Positions 39,216 to 53,440 of a stretch of 64,000 bases of DNA are shown piece after piece; positions within the stretch are counted from its first letter, which is position 1; every line of letters begins with the position of its first letter. A program made the position numbers and the translations under genes. The DNA comes from Octopus vulgaris (Eukaryota), in NCBI GenBank assembly GCA_951406725.2, contig OX597817.1, positions 100,750,001-100,814,000 on the forward strand. The letters are read 5' to 3'. Below the pieces are notes generated by a model. The model was not told where the DNA came from and did no database searches. It was given only the letters and a program-made list of their open reading frames with translations.

Positions 39216-40940
39216 CACCTACATATCCTCAGTGATTTGGTCAACTCCTTTGGTTACTGCTTTGTCACCCATATCTTCTGATAGGTAATTGTTAATGCCT
39301 TGATAAGCTTTGGCCCTCCATGTTTTAGGAGCTCAGATGAGACATTAGCTATTCTTGGGGATTTCCCATTTTTGAGCATGTGCACGGCCATTTCAACTTC
39401 CTCCTGAAGAATTGGAGAATCCCCAAGTTCTCTGTTGTTGTTGGAATTGTCTACGATATTGCTATAATGTTTGATTGTAAAGGTCTTTGCAATGCTCAGA
39501 CCGCGAGAAGCAGACCGATTTTCTCCTCAATGTTAGTGGTTGCGTGTTTCTTTGCTTTTGTTAAGATTTTGAAGGTTTCATAAGCAACCTTGCTGTTGTC
39601 CTTCTTTATCCCAGCCTTGCACTAGTCTGCTGTCAATTTCTCTTTGGTCTCCTTCATTTCCTTCCTAACTTTCTTATATACAGTATTGTATTGCTGACTC
39701 ACCTTCAGACCCGTTAGCTTGATCATCCTCAAGTTCAGTCTTAATCACATACAACCAAGATGTCATTAGGGACACATGTTTTTTCCTTCTTCCTTTGCTT
39801 AGAACGTCTAGAGCCATTTCCTGAAGTGCTTTTTGATGCTGTTCAGCAAGTTTATCATCTTCCAGAAAGTTAAGGGTTGTAAACCAGCCACCTAGTATCG
39901 GCTCAAGCACCGTTGCAACCCAGTGATCTTTCAAACCCAATACGTGTGACTCTTCTTGTGGGGCCTTTTCAATTTGAGCATCGTTATTATCATGACCAAA
40001 TCATGATCATGACACCAAGGAATTTCTTAGTCTTAGCCTTCTTGATGCTAGACTTGAACTTTTGAGATGCGAGGATGAAACCAATTTGGTTGTGAGTCTT
40101 ACTTCTAGGCGCATGCCTACTTCTGCGTGAGGTCTTGTGTGGGAACAGTTTGTTGACTAGGGTTAGATTGGGTTTATTAGCAAATTCTATGAGTCGCAAT
40201 CCACAATCGTTGGTTTTCCGGGTCAGAATCGTCCCACTGTTATAACCCATTGGTCATTTGCATCCAAGATTACTCTGGCGTTCCAGTCTCCCAGGACGAT
40301 GAAGACATCTTTTTTAGGAGCTATCTCCAGGTTCTCATAGAATTCTTCAATGATATCATCATCATGTTCAAGCGCTGGCGCATAAACTTATATGATGGCA
40401 GTATTCAGTGGTCTTGCAGACACGTGTATGGTGAGGAGCCTGCTGGATACTAGTGTATAACTCATGACTGAGCTTACTGTGACCTTGTTAACGAAGAAGC
40501 CTATTCCATGTTTATGCTTGGTGTCATATCCACTGTATCCCAGTTTGTAGCCTTCACTTGTTGTCTCGTCAAATCCAGTTTACTTGATTTCAGCCAGCCC
40601 TAGGATATCCCAGGTGTACCTGTTAAGTTCGTGAGTAAGTTTCTTAAACCATTCACAAACATACAGGGTGCGGACGTTCCGTGTCTCAAAGACAATATTG
40701 ACTTGGGAAGGCTGAAGGTTGTTAGTGTACGTATCTTTGTCACTGCTATTGTCATTCCAGTTGCACATTGTTCAGGCACACTCTGGGAAATAGCACTAGA
40801 GGGTGTAGCCATTGGTTTTCCGGGTCCTGACTGATATGGCTAGTTAAGTCTTGTCTGTGTGGTCATTATTGTATTTCAGTGGACTTTAGAAATGTTTGGT
40901 GGTGCCCATGTCCTCTCCAAGAGTTCAGACCCTCATTAAA
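39215..40940 (-). mobile_element. RTE-like LINE 5' half (APE endonuclease), decayed
   Basis: NVRTL...ELNRYTWDILGLAEIK, HGIGFFV, GLRLIEFA...LVNKLFPHK, NQIGFIL. Confidence 0.85.
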
Positions 40941-40952
40941 TTTAGCCTGCCC

Positions 40953-40953
40953 A

Positions 40954-41045
<92 letters not shown>

Positions 41046-41095
41046 GTCTGTCTGTCTGTCTTTCTGTCTGCCTGTCTGCCTGTCTGCCTGTCTGC

Positions 41096-41180
<85 letters not shown>

Positions 41181-41193
41181 AATCTATCCATCC

Positions 41194-41270
<77 letters not shown>
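40953..41270. repeat. (TATC)n/(TGTC)n array; continues at 46990-47177 and 47988-48195
   Basis: One microsatellite array split by two LINE insertions. Confidence 0.97.
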
Positions 41271-41509
41271 CGGACGTGCTGTCACTTCGGCTTCGAAGGT
41301 AATCGTTTATTTTGACTATTTATAGCCCATATTTTGTGTACATTTTTGTAAATAAGGTGTGTAAGGCACCCAACTTTCGTTTGAGTGCTTTTCCAAGGGA
41401 GGAATTCGCCCCTAGGGGTAGTTTCAACCCTATTTAATTTGTGTAATTTTCTTCTCGACATTAAAAAATGTCGAGAAATTTTATTGTAGAACGCTGGTCG
41501 CATTCCTTT

Positions 41510-43331
41510 ATGGACCAGCATTTTCCTAGTCTGGAAACGCTAGGAGAAAAAAAGAACTTATGCACGCAAAATGCAAACCTGAATGACGTGGTAGTGAACG
41601 CTGCAACCACTTGCGGTAACAGCCCTGTCACCACCACCACTAACAACAACAACAACGAGACTACTACTGCTACCCCCCCACACCACTTCCACCACCACCA
41701 CCACGACCAACATAAATGATAAAAATGAAACTCACGCGAATACTATTAAGAAAAACAACAACAACAACAAGAACAACAATAAAAATGAACTATCTAATAG
41801 TGAAGATGTTAATATAAAAGAATCAACAACACCAGTAAATTTCGCTGACACTCTGCGTCAGAAAAAAGAAATTGTAAAATTTACAAATGAAGAATTAATA
41901 GAAACGAGAGCTCTCTTTACAACCCGAGGGCAAGATTTAGTGCTGCATACACCTCAACACATAAAGGAACAAATAGAAAATAAGACAATTATATATAAAA
42001 TTATAAGAAAAAACAAAAAACAAAATGAACAGATTACAAAAACGGATATAGAAAAATGTTTAAAAAACATAATGAAAAAAAAAGAATATATAAACTGGGG
42101 TCCCCAGTTTAACACAGTAGTGGTCCGCTTCCCTAACCAGGAAGTGGCAAAAGCTCACTCTACCGAGTCTTTGGAAAATGATGATATCAAAATGGTACCT
42201 TATTACAAAGGCCAGTGAGTGAGTAGAATTACTATTAAAAATGTACCCCCCGAGATCCCGAACAAATGGATAACAGGGGCAATCTGTTACCAATTGAAAA
42301 AGAAAAATATTTTAGAAACCGCCGTGTACCTAAACGACAATTGGGGTGGAAAAACAATAGTAGTGACCATCCAGATTGAGGGGGCCTCTATCGAGAACCT
42401 ACCCGATAGGATCCACTTAGAAAATGGGCAAAGCCTATATGTTGTGGCAGAAGGCAAAAAGCCTAGATGCTACAACTGTGGCAGCCCAGAGCATTTAATT
42501 GCCAAGTGCGCTCTGGCACAGAAAAAACAAGAAAGAACAAATCAGAAAACAAATAAAAAACCCTTGTTGCCAACACCAACACCAACACACTCAATTATGG
42601 AACAATGCCAAGAAAAACAACAAACCAGCAAACAAACCTCAACAATATCACCAAGAAAAGAAACAGTACCAACACAATCACCGTTAACGTCGCAACTAAT
42701 TCATCATGCTGAACCAAAAGATAGATCCACACCAACACCAAGGACGACAATTAAAAAGACAGAAAACAGTGACGAGAAGACAAATTCTACCCCTAACACC
42801 ACAACAACACAAACACCGCACAAAACATCAACAATTTCTACAAGCATACATATTAACGCAAATGCTTTGCCTTTACCCCCTTCTGATACGTCGGACAACG
42901 AAAGTTCGACGGAATGGCAAATAGCCACAGGGGGTACAAGGAAAATATCAAAAAAGCCCACCAAACAAGGAAGTAAAGCAGGGAGATATTTAACTCCGGA
43001 CAGCATCTCCCTAGACAATCAAAAAATCAATGAACCCGCAAAACCACACACACAACTAACTGCAATAGACACAGACAATAAAAAATTAATGGATTACATT
43101 GCATACAACACGGACATCTGTGAAGATGACTTTAAGACAAACAATCATCCGCGCACCACACCACCGAAACACATAAGAATTGTACACATAACACAAACAC
43201 TACACCATACACTGAAAACAATATTTCCAAATGCGGTAGGCGGGTTTCAACGATACCTCTCCAAAAAACTATACAAACACCTCATCAAAGACACTACAAA
43301 AGAAGAAGAAAAAAATGAACTTTCGAAATGA
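41510..43331 (+). pseudogene. LINE ORF1 (CCHC zinc-knuckle nucleic-acid-binding protein), disrupted
   Basis: CYNCGSPEHLIAKC knuckle; in-frame TGA at 42216 and further lesions upstream. Confidence 0.85.
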
Positions 43332-43405
43332 GTAAGTGACCTTCCCTCTTGCCTCTTGTCTCTACCAATGTAGTGTGTGAAACACAATTTTCGTAAACGT
43401 CAATT

Positions 43406-46400
43406 ATGCTTAAATTAGGTTGTGTGAATGCGCGTGGCTTGGCGTCGGCTTGGAAGCAAGGTTACCTTCTAAACGACATCAAGTCACTGAACGTGGATAT
43501 AGTAGCTATCAGTAAAACCAGACTCAGCAAGCCGCGGGCCCTCGCGTCCATGTTTGGCGATCAATTTGACATTTATTTTTCTCCCTGTCTGCCGAACATG
43601 GGTGGTGGAGGTACCGCGGTGCTTTTTCGAAAGAGTCTAAATGTAAAAGTAAGAACAATATTCCTAGACCCGGAGGGTAGGCTGGTTGTCTTGGACGTGG
43701 ATGGCAGAAATGGGTGTGCATTCCGTCTGATGGCAGTTTATGCACCGTCCTTGACGGGTCGGGCGGATTTCTTCAGACGTCTAGAGGTTTTCCTGGGTAC
43801 GTCTAGACCTTTACTGTTAGTAGGGGATTGGAACGATACCTTGGACACGCATCTAGATTATGTGGGAATGGATAGGAATAGAAGGGGGTGTAAGTGCCTC
43901 AAAGACCTACTCAGACGTTTCCATTTGTCTGACAGATTCCGACTCGCCCATCCGAACTTGCCAACGTGGACTTGGACAAACCGCGTCGGATCGTCGAGAT
44001 CTTATCTAGACAGAATTCTATGCAGGACAGCGGATAGGGATAGTGTAGGATGTCCAAAATAGTCAGCTACACAGATCACAAATTTGTGACGTGTGCGCTC
44101 GACTTAGATAAGACACATAGACAGGGTCCCGGTTACTGGAAACTGAACACGTCGCTGTTAGCGCGACAGGTTTACAGGAACCGGATTAGCGAGTTAATTA
44201 ATTGGGCGCTGACGGGAGCCGTCGTTAACAACCGCTGGTGGTTCGCCCTGAAAATGGCAATAACATCGGAATCAATTAGGTTTAGCAAGGAATTAGCGAT
44301 AGTTAAGAAACTAGAAGGGGCACTTACCACTGGCAGCGCAACCAACGTGCTGGTTGCGAGTATGGCCCTCGACCAACACCTCAACGCCAAGCACAAAGGT
44401 TGCGTCGTCAGAGCTAAAATGCGTGCCTTAAGGAACGAAGGGATCGAAGCTGCGCGAGGGGCCTGGGTAGCGGAGGCGCAGCGTGGCAACAGAGCCACCA
44501 TTCGATCTCTAATAGATCAACAGGGATGCAGTTTACTCGAACCCGAAAAGATGTGTAAGGCCTTTCAACAGCACTTTGCTCGACTGTTTGGTGCGAGTGG
44601 TGGGTCAGAACGCGGGATGGATTTCAGTGCTGCGCAAGGGATAAGTCGCCTGGATTGGATGGTTTACCCTACGAGCTGTATTGTCAAATGCCAGACTTGT
44701 TTGGCGACCTCTTGGCATCTGCAACTGGCAACAAAACGGGAGAATCCCCGGTTTCGTGAGCCGAGGTGCAGTGACGTTGCTGAAGAAAGACCCAAACAAG
44801 GGAAATTTTATAGATAATTTCAGGCCCATCACTCTGCTCAACGCAGATTTGAAAATTTTGGCCAAAGTAATAGCCGAAAGGCTGACGCTTGTCATTGGTA
44901 AACTGGTCGACTGGGCGCAAACATGCGCCGTGCCGGGCAGAACCATACATGACAACCTCCATCTGATGCGCTACATTGTGGACAGGGTAGTTAAGGATCC
45001 TGGCATGGGTGGGGCGCTGATCAATTTGGATCAGTCTAAAGCCTTCGATAGGGTCGACCATCGGTACTTGGCGGCCGTCCTCAGAGCGGCTGGCTTCGGT
45101 CCCGTCTTCCGCGGTTGGATCGCTGCCTTGTATAGCGGCATCCGATCGGTGATTCGGGTGAACGGTCACATGTCGAAACCGTTTGACATCACGCGTTCGG
45201 TCCGTCAGGGATGTCCCCTGTCGGCGCTTCTGTATGTATTGACTCTCGAGCCGCTACTGCGGAAGCTGGCAACACTGAGGGGCATCCCACGGGAACTGGG
45301 TTGCGGGACGAGCGTGTCGGCATATGCGGACGATGTCACCGTCATAGTGTCGAGCGACAAACACATCTAGATGATAGGCGAGGCACTAAGAAAATACGAA
45401 ACGGTGATGGGAGCGAAGATTAAACCGCAAAAGTCAGTGGGTTTGCTACTCGGCAACTGGAGAAGCAAGCCCATGCCGTCCGACTGCGGCTCAGTAGCGG
45501 GACGCTGGACGGACGGACCCGTTAAATTGCTCGGGGTCTGGTTCAGTCCGGACCTCCAAATAGATAAGAACTGGGACGAGATCACGAGTAGAGTGGTCGC
45601 TCTCAGCCAAACATGGGCCGAGAGAAAGCTGTCTCTAAAAGGCCGGGCGGAGGTGGCGAACGCGTACATCGCATCCGTCATCGATTACCGCCTGACCGTC
45701 GTACCTTGTCCCGACGCCACCATCATCAAACTGGAACGCATACTCTTCCGCTTCCTGTGGAAGGGTGGCGTTCCGATGGTGAGGAAGTCCATTTGCTGTC
45801 AACATCCGTTGAATGGAGGACTGGGCATGCCGTGGTTGATGATGCGCAGGCATGCGCTGAGACTGTGGCATCTCTGGAACTTCATCGACGACGGTGAACA
45901 GGTGTGGGCGCCGTTTGTGAGGCGCGCCTTCCCGCAGCTCGTCTCACTGACCGAACTGCAAACGTGGATCAAGAAGAGACCGAAACTGGGCGATTGGCAC
46001 TGAGAGTGTCGCCAAGCTCTACAGCAGCTCTGCCGACCGGGGTCAAACTTGTGCAACTTACAAACGACTAAAGCGTTCTATAGAGGACTAGTGGAGGGGA
46101 GGTCCGACGACACACTCGGGGCAAACCTGGGCGTCGACGAGAAATTCCTAACCCGCCTGTTCAGGACGACGTTCGGGCCGGGGCCTATGGATAACTTCCA
46201 GAAATCCCTGGCTTGGCAGTGCTATCGAGACGCACTACCTGTTCGAGAGAAGAGCTACAGACACGGTTCGAAAACCATCACCGGACCGACCTGCCCGAGA
46301 TGCGGTCAGAGCGACGAAACCGTTCTGCACGCACTCGTGCAGTGTCCAGATATTTCAGAGCTGTGGACCTTCGTCGAACAGCTGTTGTCACGTGTAGGTC

Positions 46401-46700
46401 GGGCCCGCCTATCGGCTGAGTCTATCGTGAATATTGTTCCACCACCTTCCTTTAAACGGGAAGGGAAAACGGTTTTCGTTACGCTGATGGCTATGACGAA
46501 AGAATGTGTGTGGTGGACGCGTTTGAAAGGACTGCAAACAAACACCTTCCTCTCTGGTCAGTCTCTCGTCAACTTTTTTGAAAAGGAGGATGAGAATAGA
46601 GAGGAAGGCTTTGTCGAACGAATGTTTTAATAAAAAGTGGGTAAAAGTGGCAAAAATGGCCAGTATGAAAGACGACACTATTTTAAGCATAAATCTGTAA
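43406..46700 (+). pseudogene. LINE ORF2 (APE endonuclease, RT, Zn domain) with a few stops and frameshifts
   Basis: NARGL, VYAP, GDWN, SYLDRI, TDH, YWKLN; FRPITLLNAD, LDQSKAFDRV, VRQGCPLS, AYADD; CPRC...H...C; stops at 45368 and 46001. Confidence 0.95.
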
Positions 46701-46988
46701 TCAAAAGAGACAACGAGAAGTAAGGCGACTTACTCATGTGTTCATTTTCGAACTGTCTGAGGTGACCTTGGTCTTTTTTGTAGGTTTTTCTTTCCAAGGC
46801 TACACCTAAACTGTGAACCTTATATATATATATATATATTGCTTTTTATACACCACACAACCCACAGATCCCTATTGATCAAACGTTTTTTTTGTGCCCC
46901 ACCCATCCCACCTCGAAAAGAAAAAATTCTACATTGTATTTCGTCCATTTTTATTCTGTGTTTAGCCCTGTGTGGCTACAATAAAAAG

Positions 46989-47081
<93 letters not shown>

Positions 47082-47090
47082 CATCCATCC

Positions 47091-47177
<87 letters not shown>

Positions 47178-47987
47178 CAGACACGGCTCGAGAAACACGG
47201 GGCCGACCTGCCTGAGATGCAGTCAGAGTGACGAAATGCACCCACTCGTGCAGTGTCCAACAATTTCCGACATGTGGGCCTATGTCGAACAACTGCTGTC
47301 ACGTGTGGGACGAGTCGGTTTATCAGCCGAGTCTATCGTCAATATTGTCACCCCTCTTTCATTCAAACAGGAAGGAAGAGCTATTTTTATCATCCTTGTG
47401 GCTATGGCAAAAGAATGTATCGGGTGGACGCGTCTGAAAGGATTGGAGACAAACACTTTCCTCTCTGGTCAATCTCTCATCAACGTCTTCAAATATCACT
47501 TGAAAAGGAAAGTGAGAGTAGAGAGGCAAGTTTTGTCTAGCGAATGTTTTTAAAAAAGATGGGTGAATGTAGCAAGGATGGCACGTATGAATGACGAAGC
47601 CACCTTGAGCATAATCCTATGAACCCCGGAAATTTAAAACAGAGGGTTACCTACTTGCAAACAAATGTGGTAACATGTAACATCATTGACCGAGGTTACC
47701 GTGGTCTTTTCCGTAGGCTTTTCTTCCCACGGATAAACCTTATCTGCTTCCCCTTTTATACTTTACATCATGACACTGTGATACACGATCCTTATTGATC
47801 GTTCTTCTTCTTCTTCTTCTTCTTCTTCTTCTTCTTCTTCTTCTTCTTCTTCTTCTTCTTCTTCTCTTCTTCTTCTTCTTCTTTCCCTTTTACGATCCCT
47901 TTAAAAAATATTTTTACCTAAAAAGAAAAGCTCTACTTTGTAATCTGTCCCGTCTGTGTGCAGCCCTGTGTGGCTAATAAAGAAACA
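47178..47987 (+). mobile_element. 5'-truncated Tx1-like LINE of a related subfamily in (TATC)n
   Basis: [14 protein letters not shown]...[10 protein letters not shown]...[10 protein letters not shown]; tail CCCTGTGTGGCTAATAAAG. Confidence 0.92.
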
Positions 47988-48020
47988 TATCTATCCATCC
48001 ATCCATCCATCCATCCATCC

Positions 48021-48180
<160 letters not shown>

Positions 48181-48428
48181 GTCTATCTATCTATATAAAG
48201 TATATAAAGACTCGTAAATCCTTCTTGTGAAGACCTTCATGTGAAATGAAATGTATTTTTGTCGGACTCATGATATGGATTAAACCATACATACATACAT
48301 ACATACATACATACATACATACATGCATACGCACTCAGATACATATATAGATAGTTACATACACGCGTACATATGTACATACATGCATACATACATACAC
48401 ACACTCATATCTTCTATTCTATTCTATT

Positions 48429-48470
<42 letters not shown>

Positions 48471-48561
48471 AGGTGCGAGAGTTTCGTGCGTTTGCACTGA
48501 AAACACACGAAACCCTCGGACCCTGAGTCAGTCTGTTACTTCTGCAATACATACACACGCG

Positions 48562-49570
48562 TAATAATAATGTTCGTCCTTCGGTTCGAAGATGACCAAC
48601 TGACATCATCTGATGGAACTGGCGCCATGAGACCGGAGGTGGCTGGTGAGGCCAATCCGGGCAAGGAAGCCCCTCCCACAGGTGGGGCAGAAGTGGGTAG
48701 GGGCCGTGCTACTGGTGCAGGCGGCTCTGGCTTTACGCATCTGACGTTTCTGCTCCGCTGACCGAATCCGTCCCTCCTCGGCTGTCCCTGCTCCCACGGT
48801 GATTGCGCTGCGCCAGGATGAGCGGTTGGCAGCAAGGGTCTCCCAGGTCTCTGTTCCGATGGAGAAGTCTTTGAGAGAGACCTTGAGACTATCCCTGTAG
48901 CGCTTCTTCTGCCCTCCGACTTTGCGCCTGCCCTGGCCGAGTTCACCGTAGAAGAGCTGTTTTGGGATGCGAGTGTCGGACATGCGGGAGACGTGGCCCG
49001 CCCATCTCAGCTGGGCCTTGCGCATGATTGTGATGGTGCTAGGGAGATCTGCCTGCTTCAGAACTTCCGTGTCTGGGACTTTGTCCTGCCAGCGGATGTG
49101 AAGGAGGTTCCGAAGACACCTGAGATGGAAGTGGTATATCTGGCGCTCGTGCCTTCGGTAAGCAGTCCACGTCTCGCAGCCGTATAATAGGGTGGTAAGC
49201 ACGACTGCCCGGTAGACTTTCAGCTTGGTGTTGAGGCTGATTCCTCTCCGCTCCCAGACTTTCTTTCGCAGTCTCCCAAACGCGCTGCTTGCCTTGGAGA
49301 TTCTGTTGATGGTTTCAGCATCTATGTTGGCATTGCAGGAGAGAGTGCTGCCCAGGTAGGTGAAGTTTTCCACCACTCGTAGGATCCGTCCGTTCACCCT
49401 TATCTGAGGCTCATGGTATTGTTTGCCGGGGGCTGGCTGAAACATCACTTCGGTTTTCTTGGCACTGATGGTGAGACCGAAGTTGTCACAGGCTGATGAG
49501 AACCTGTCCATCTCGAGCTGCATCTCCTGCTCATCGATTGCATTAAGGGCGCAGTCGTCAGCAAAGAGAA
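48562..49570 (-). mobile_element. Young 5'-truncated RTE-clade LINE with an uninterrupted ORF (48606 to ~49570)
   Basis: LFADDCAL, KKTEVM, FTYLGS, LLYGCETW, LRWAGHV, CPTC...GLTSHLRSH; short 3' UTR and (ATT)n tail. Confidence 0.95.
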
Positions 49571-49845
49571 AAAATTCAAGACTCAGTCTTCCGCGGAAAA
49601 GTGATGCTAACCCTCTTTTGAGACTCAAAAGGGCCTATACTAGAAGACTACCTGGCTGTAGGCAAAGTGTTCCAGTACCTCAAAACCCAATAGGTTAATG
49701 GTTTCAAAGGTCTGGGTGGTTGTGTGTGTGTGTGCATTGTTACGCAACAACAAAACTTTCTTCGGCAATAGACTACAGCGTTTGGTGCGAACTGTTGGCT
49801 TCAGTTTGTTGGCCAGCAAAGCACTGTATCTTGCACTGTTGACTA
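49569..49845. pseudogene. Mariner transposase fragment with an internal inversion
   Basis: Plus strand KFKTQSSA/KVMLTLF*DSKGPILEDYL (49569-49655); minus strand VNSARY...VLLLRNNA..H...GFEVLEH.AYS (49653-49845). Confidence 0.8.
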
Positions 49846-49965
49846 CCAAATCCACTCACAAGGCTTATAGAAGAAGACACTTGCCCAAGGTGCCACGCAG
49901 TGGGACTGAACCCAGAACCATGTGGTTCGTAAGCAAGCTACTTACCACACAGCCACTCCTACGCC

Positions 49966-49967
<2 letters not shown>
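49843..49967 (-). mobile_element. OR-like SINE 5' fragment
   Basis: Matches the head of 2405-2798. Confidence 0.88.
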
Positions 49968-50019
<52 letters not shown>

Positions 50020-50173
50020 TGTATGTATGTATGTATGTATGTATGTATGTATACATTTGTAAAACCGTCTCTGTTTTCCACATTTACTGAGCACTTCCTG
50101 TTGTTTTGTTATTTTTGTTTTTAATGTTCGATCATTCGATTTGACTTCGCAAGATAAGTAATCTCTGTTTACT

Positions 50174-50452
50174 GTGAAAAAGTATGAGTCAGGTCGTTTC
50201 CATTACAAATTCTACAAGAAATGTTACAATTTATACAAAAGGTGGTACTGTAACAATCCCCATTTGTTGTACGTAGCTGAATGCGTCAAACACTATTTGA
50301 TTTATATTGGTTGCACAACAGAAAAGTTAAGCGATAGATTTCATGGGTACGGCCATGAAATCAGGTACAATAACACTGCATCAACTGAAATTGTCAGATA
50401 TTCTACTCCAAACGATTGTAATGTTAACGAACAATCTAAAGTGATTTTCTAA
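50174..50452 (+). pseudogene. Old GIY-YIG fragment (Penelope-like)
   Basis: LLYVAEC..H.LIYIGCT.EKLSDRF. Confidence 0.65.
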
Positions 50453-51389
50453 GAAAATATTCTGACTCCACTGAACTTTCAATCCTCAAAACACCATAGC
50501 AACAATGATAGCAGCACCTGCTACAAGACTAGAAGAAGCACCAACACCAATAACGGCGACGACAATATGGACAATGGAGGTAATTGCAATCGAAACAATA
50601 GAAGATACACTATTATTATGGATAACATGACAACAAGAACAGAAAACCCCAAAAGAACAACAGAAGTACCAATAACAGAGCAAAACCACAAACCCCCAAG
50701 ATATATCACTCCCCAAATCACACCACGTAGGCATGTCATGTGGTGAAGGTGAAGATAATGCCTAAATGGTAAACAGTTACTAATGGAAAGAAAAATGAAA
50801 ATAAAAGCAATAATATGCCAACGATAAAAGAAAAAAAAACTGGGAGATATAATAAATGTAGGAGTTGTTTTCGAGCAACGATACACAGACTGCCTCACCC
50901 TTAGCAGCTACATCAGAACTATTAAGACCGTCATCTTCATCACCAGCAGCACCACCACCATTCTCACAGATACCAACCTTAGAAGCAAAACCTAATTCAC
51001 ACACGTACCAACAGTAAAATTTTCCAACATGAACAAAAACAATAATTACACGATAATTAACACGAGCAATAAAATCTAATGGATCACACACACCAATGTT
51101 CAAGCATCAAACACAATAACTATGTTACATTTGCTAATAGTATTCCTGCACGCATAAAAATCATCCAAATACACAAAGCATACAGCATTTTAAAAATGAA
51201 TATCCCAGTGGTGTAGGATATTTCAGGGAAAATATAAAGAAAAGAATGTTTAAAGGTCTGATTGTGGAAACACCCATAACCAGTCAATGGGACGGAATGC
51301 CTGTCTCTTTACAGGAATAAGGTAAGTGGGCCTTTCTTACCTTACAAATTCAATATAATATGGACTTACTTAGCATAGGCAGTATAAAT

Positions 51390-52450
51390 GAAAGAAACTC
51401 GGGGTCGCTACGGAAGTAGAGCCACCCCATTCAACGACCTCAAGTCACTGGATGGGGGCCATCAGCGTGACCATAATTTTCACTGGATACGAAACGGACA
51501 CATCTCAAAAAATCGAGAGGCGGAGTGGCTGTGTTGTTTTGGAAGTGTCTGAATCTCACTATAGGAAATATCTTCATGAATCCAGAAGGTAACTTGGTGG
51601 TCTAGGACGTAAACAGCAGTGAAGGGTTACTGACAGACTAGTAGTCATCTACACCCAGATTTCTTCAGTCATCTAGTAATTTTCATGAGAAGCCCGATCT
51701 TTAATGATAATGGGCGATTTAAATTCCCTCTGAGATGCTCGTTTCGAATACTGCCGGGTGGTGGAGTGCAAAAGTTTCCCTATCTTGCTTAGAGTTTTCT
51801 AGTTGTCTGAAAGTACCATGTGAACTGTACCCTCTCACTGGAAGCTGAACATGTTCCCGGCGCGCCAAGCTTACAGAGTCGTGATTAATGAAAAGGAGTT
51901 AAATGGATAAGGTTTATATATTTTATAGTGATAGATGAAATTAGAGTAGAGGGGGGATTTAAGAATTTAGAAGAGTCGCTGAGGAAAAGCATCGAAATCG
52001 ACGTGTTCGCAGAAAGATTAGCTCTCGAACAATTCTTCAACATGGAGACCGCATTGTCAAAGCTAAGGCGAACATGGTTGGTGGATGTGCAACATGGCAA
52101 CAGTTCAGCCTTTGGTGGACCGCAGCGGGTACATGTTATTCGACCGCAAGCAGATGCTTTCGATTTTTCTGTAGCCCTTTGTTGGACTATTCGTGACGAG
52201 AGGTGGACAAGAACGCAGGACGGTTTTAGTGACATCTCGTCATGAGAAACGAAGTCGATCAGAGCCGTTTAAATACGGCGATTGATGGTTAACTGCATTC
52301 TGGGGCAAATCACCTGCTTTCAATGGTCTACTTTACTAGCTTTAGTTTTATATATCAAACTTGTTAGAAGACGTCTTGGCAGATACCTAATGCAACTAGC
52401 AGTAGAACTGGAATGTTCCTCGTTCTGTGAATCAAGGACCGCCGGCACTT
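51390..52450 (+). pseudogene. Highly decayed Tx1-like ORF2 fragment
   Basis: GGVAVLF, IFMNPEGNLVV and WKLN segments parallel to 43406-44600. Confidence 0.7.
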
Positions 52451-52513
52451 CTGTAAAAGTACCCAAATAAAGAGGATAATTATTGGCGTTAATTATTATT
52501 ATTATTGTTGTTG

Positions 52514-52587
<74 letters not shown>

Positions 52588-53147
52588 GATTGATTGAGAG
52601 AGCAGTGCAAGTCATCAAAGTGACACTGGGGTAAAATATACGAAGCCCTGTATACCCATCACGACTACTCGTCTGATAAGGGTGCCCCAAGCACATGCAG
52701 CATGGCCATATGTGCATGACATAGTGAGTTCATAGCAAGATAAACAGCGTATGACTTTGCAGGTGGGGTCCAGTTAGAATTTTCTTCAGCTCAAGTAGCC
52801 CATCCCACTCAAAAGGTCCCTGAATAAGGGTTGTTTAAGGATGTTGAACGAAACACCTATGTTTCCAGAGGTGAATTATCCGAATCCCAAAGAATTATTC
52901 TCAACACATGGTAAGGATGCTCCCCAACAACTTCTGCTTGTGATCAGAGATGCACATATCGTCAGCTACTAAGGGACATGTTCAACTGGTTAAGGTGAAA
53001 CAAGTGAAAAGCAAATCTGTGGTATTGAGCAGAATATTTGCTGTGACCCATCTTTTATACCAATACAAAACAATGTACATGATAACACTTTTAATCAGTT
53101 AAGATCAGAAGCCATGAGAGCCACTGTCTGGTACTGCATCAGGGCAT
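52588..53147 (-). mobile_element. ~550-bp non-coding interspersed repeat bounded by (TAA)n; copies at 55833-56377 (+) and 61676-62064 (-, truncated)
   Basis: Three alignable copies with ends ATGCCCTGATGCAGTACCAG and GCTCTCTCACTCAATAA; strand assignment is inferred. Confidence 0.85.
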
Positions 53148-53212
53148 TTATTACTATTATTATTGTTGTTGTTATTATTATTATTATTATCATTATTATT
53201 ATTATTATTATT

Positions 53213-53299
<87 letters not shown>

Positions 53300-53370
53300 T
53301 AGTTTTATTTTTATAGCGTGCTTTCACTTCACTACCGAGCGCAGCTCTGTGTGCCTTGGGTATGTGCTTG

Positions 53371-53429
<59 letters not shown>

Positions 53430-53440
53430 CATTCCACCGT

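Larger units (their letters stand above)
41271..46989 (+). mobile_element. Full-length Tx1/L1-clade non-LTR retrotransposon inserted in (TATC)n
   Basis: 5' UTR, ORF1, ORF2 and a 3' UTR ending CTGTGTGGCTACAATAAAAAG; bounded by TATC repeats on both sides. Confidence 0.93.
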
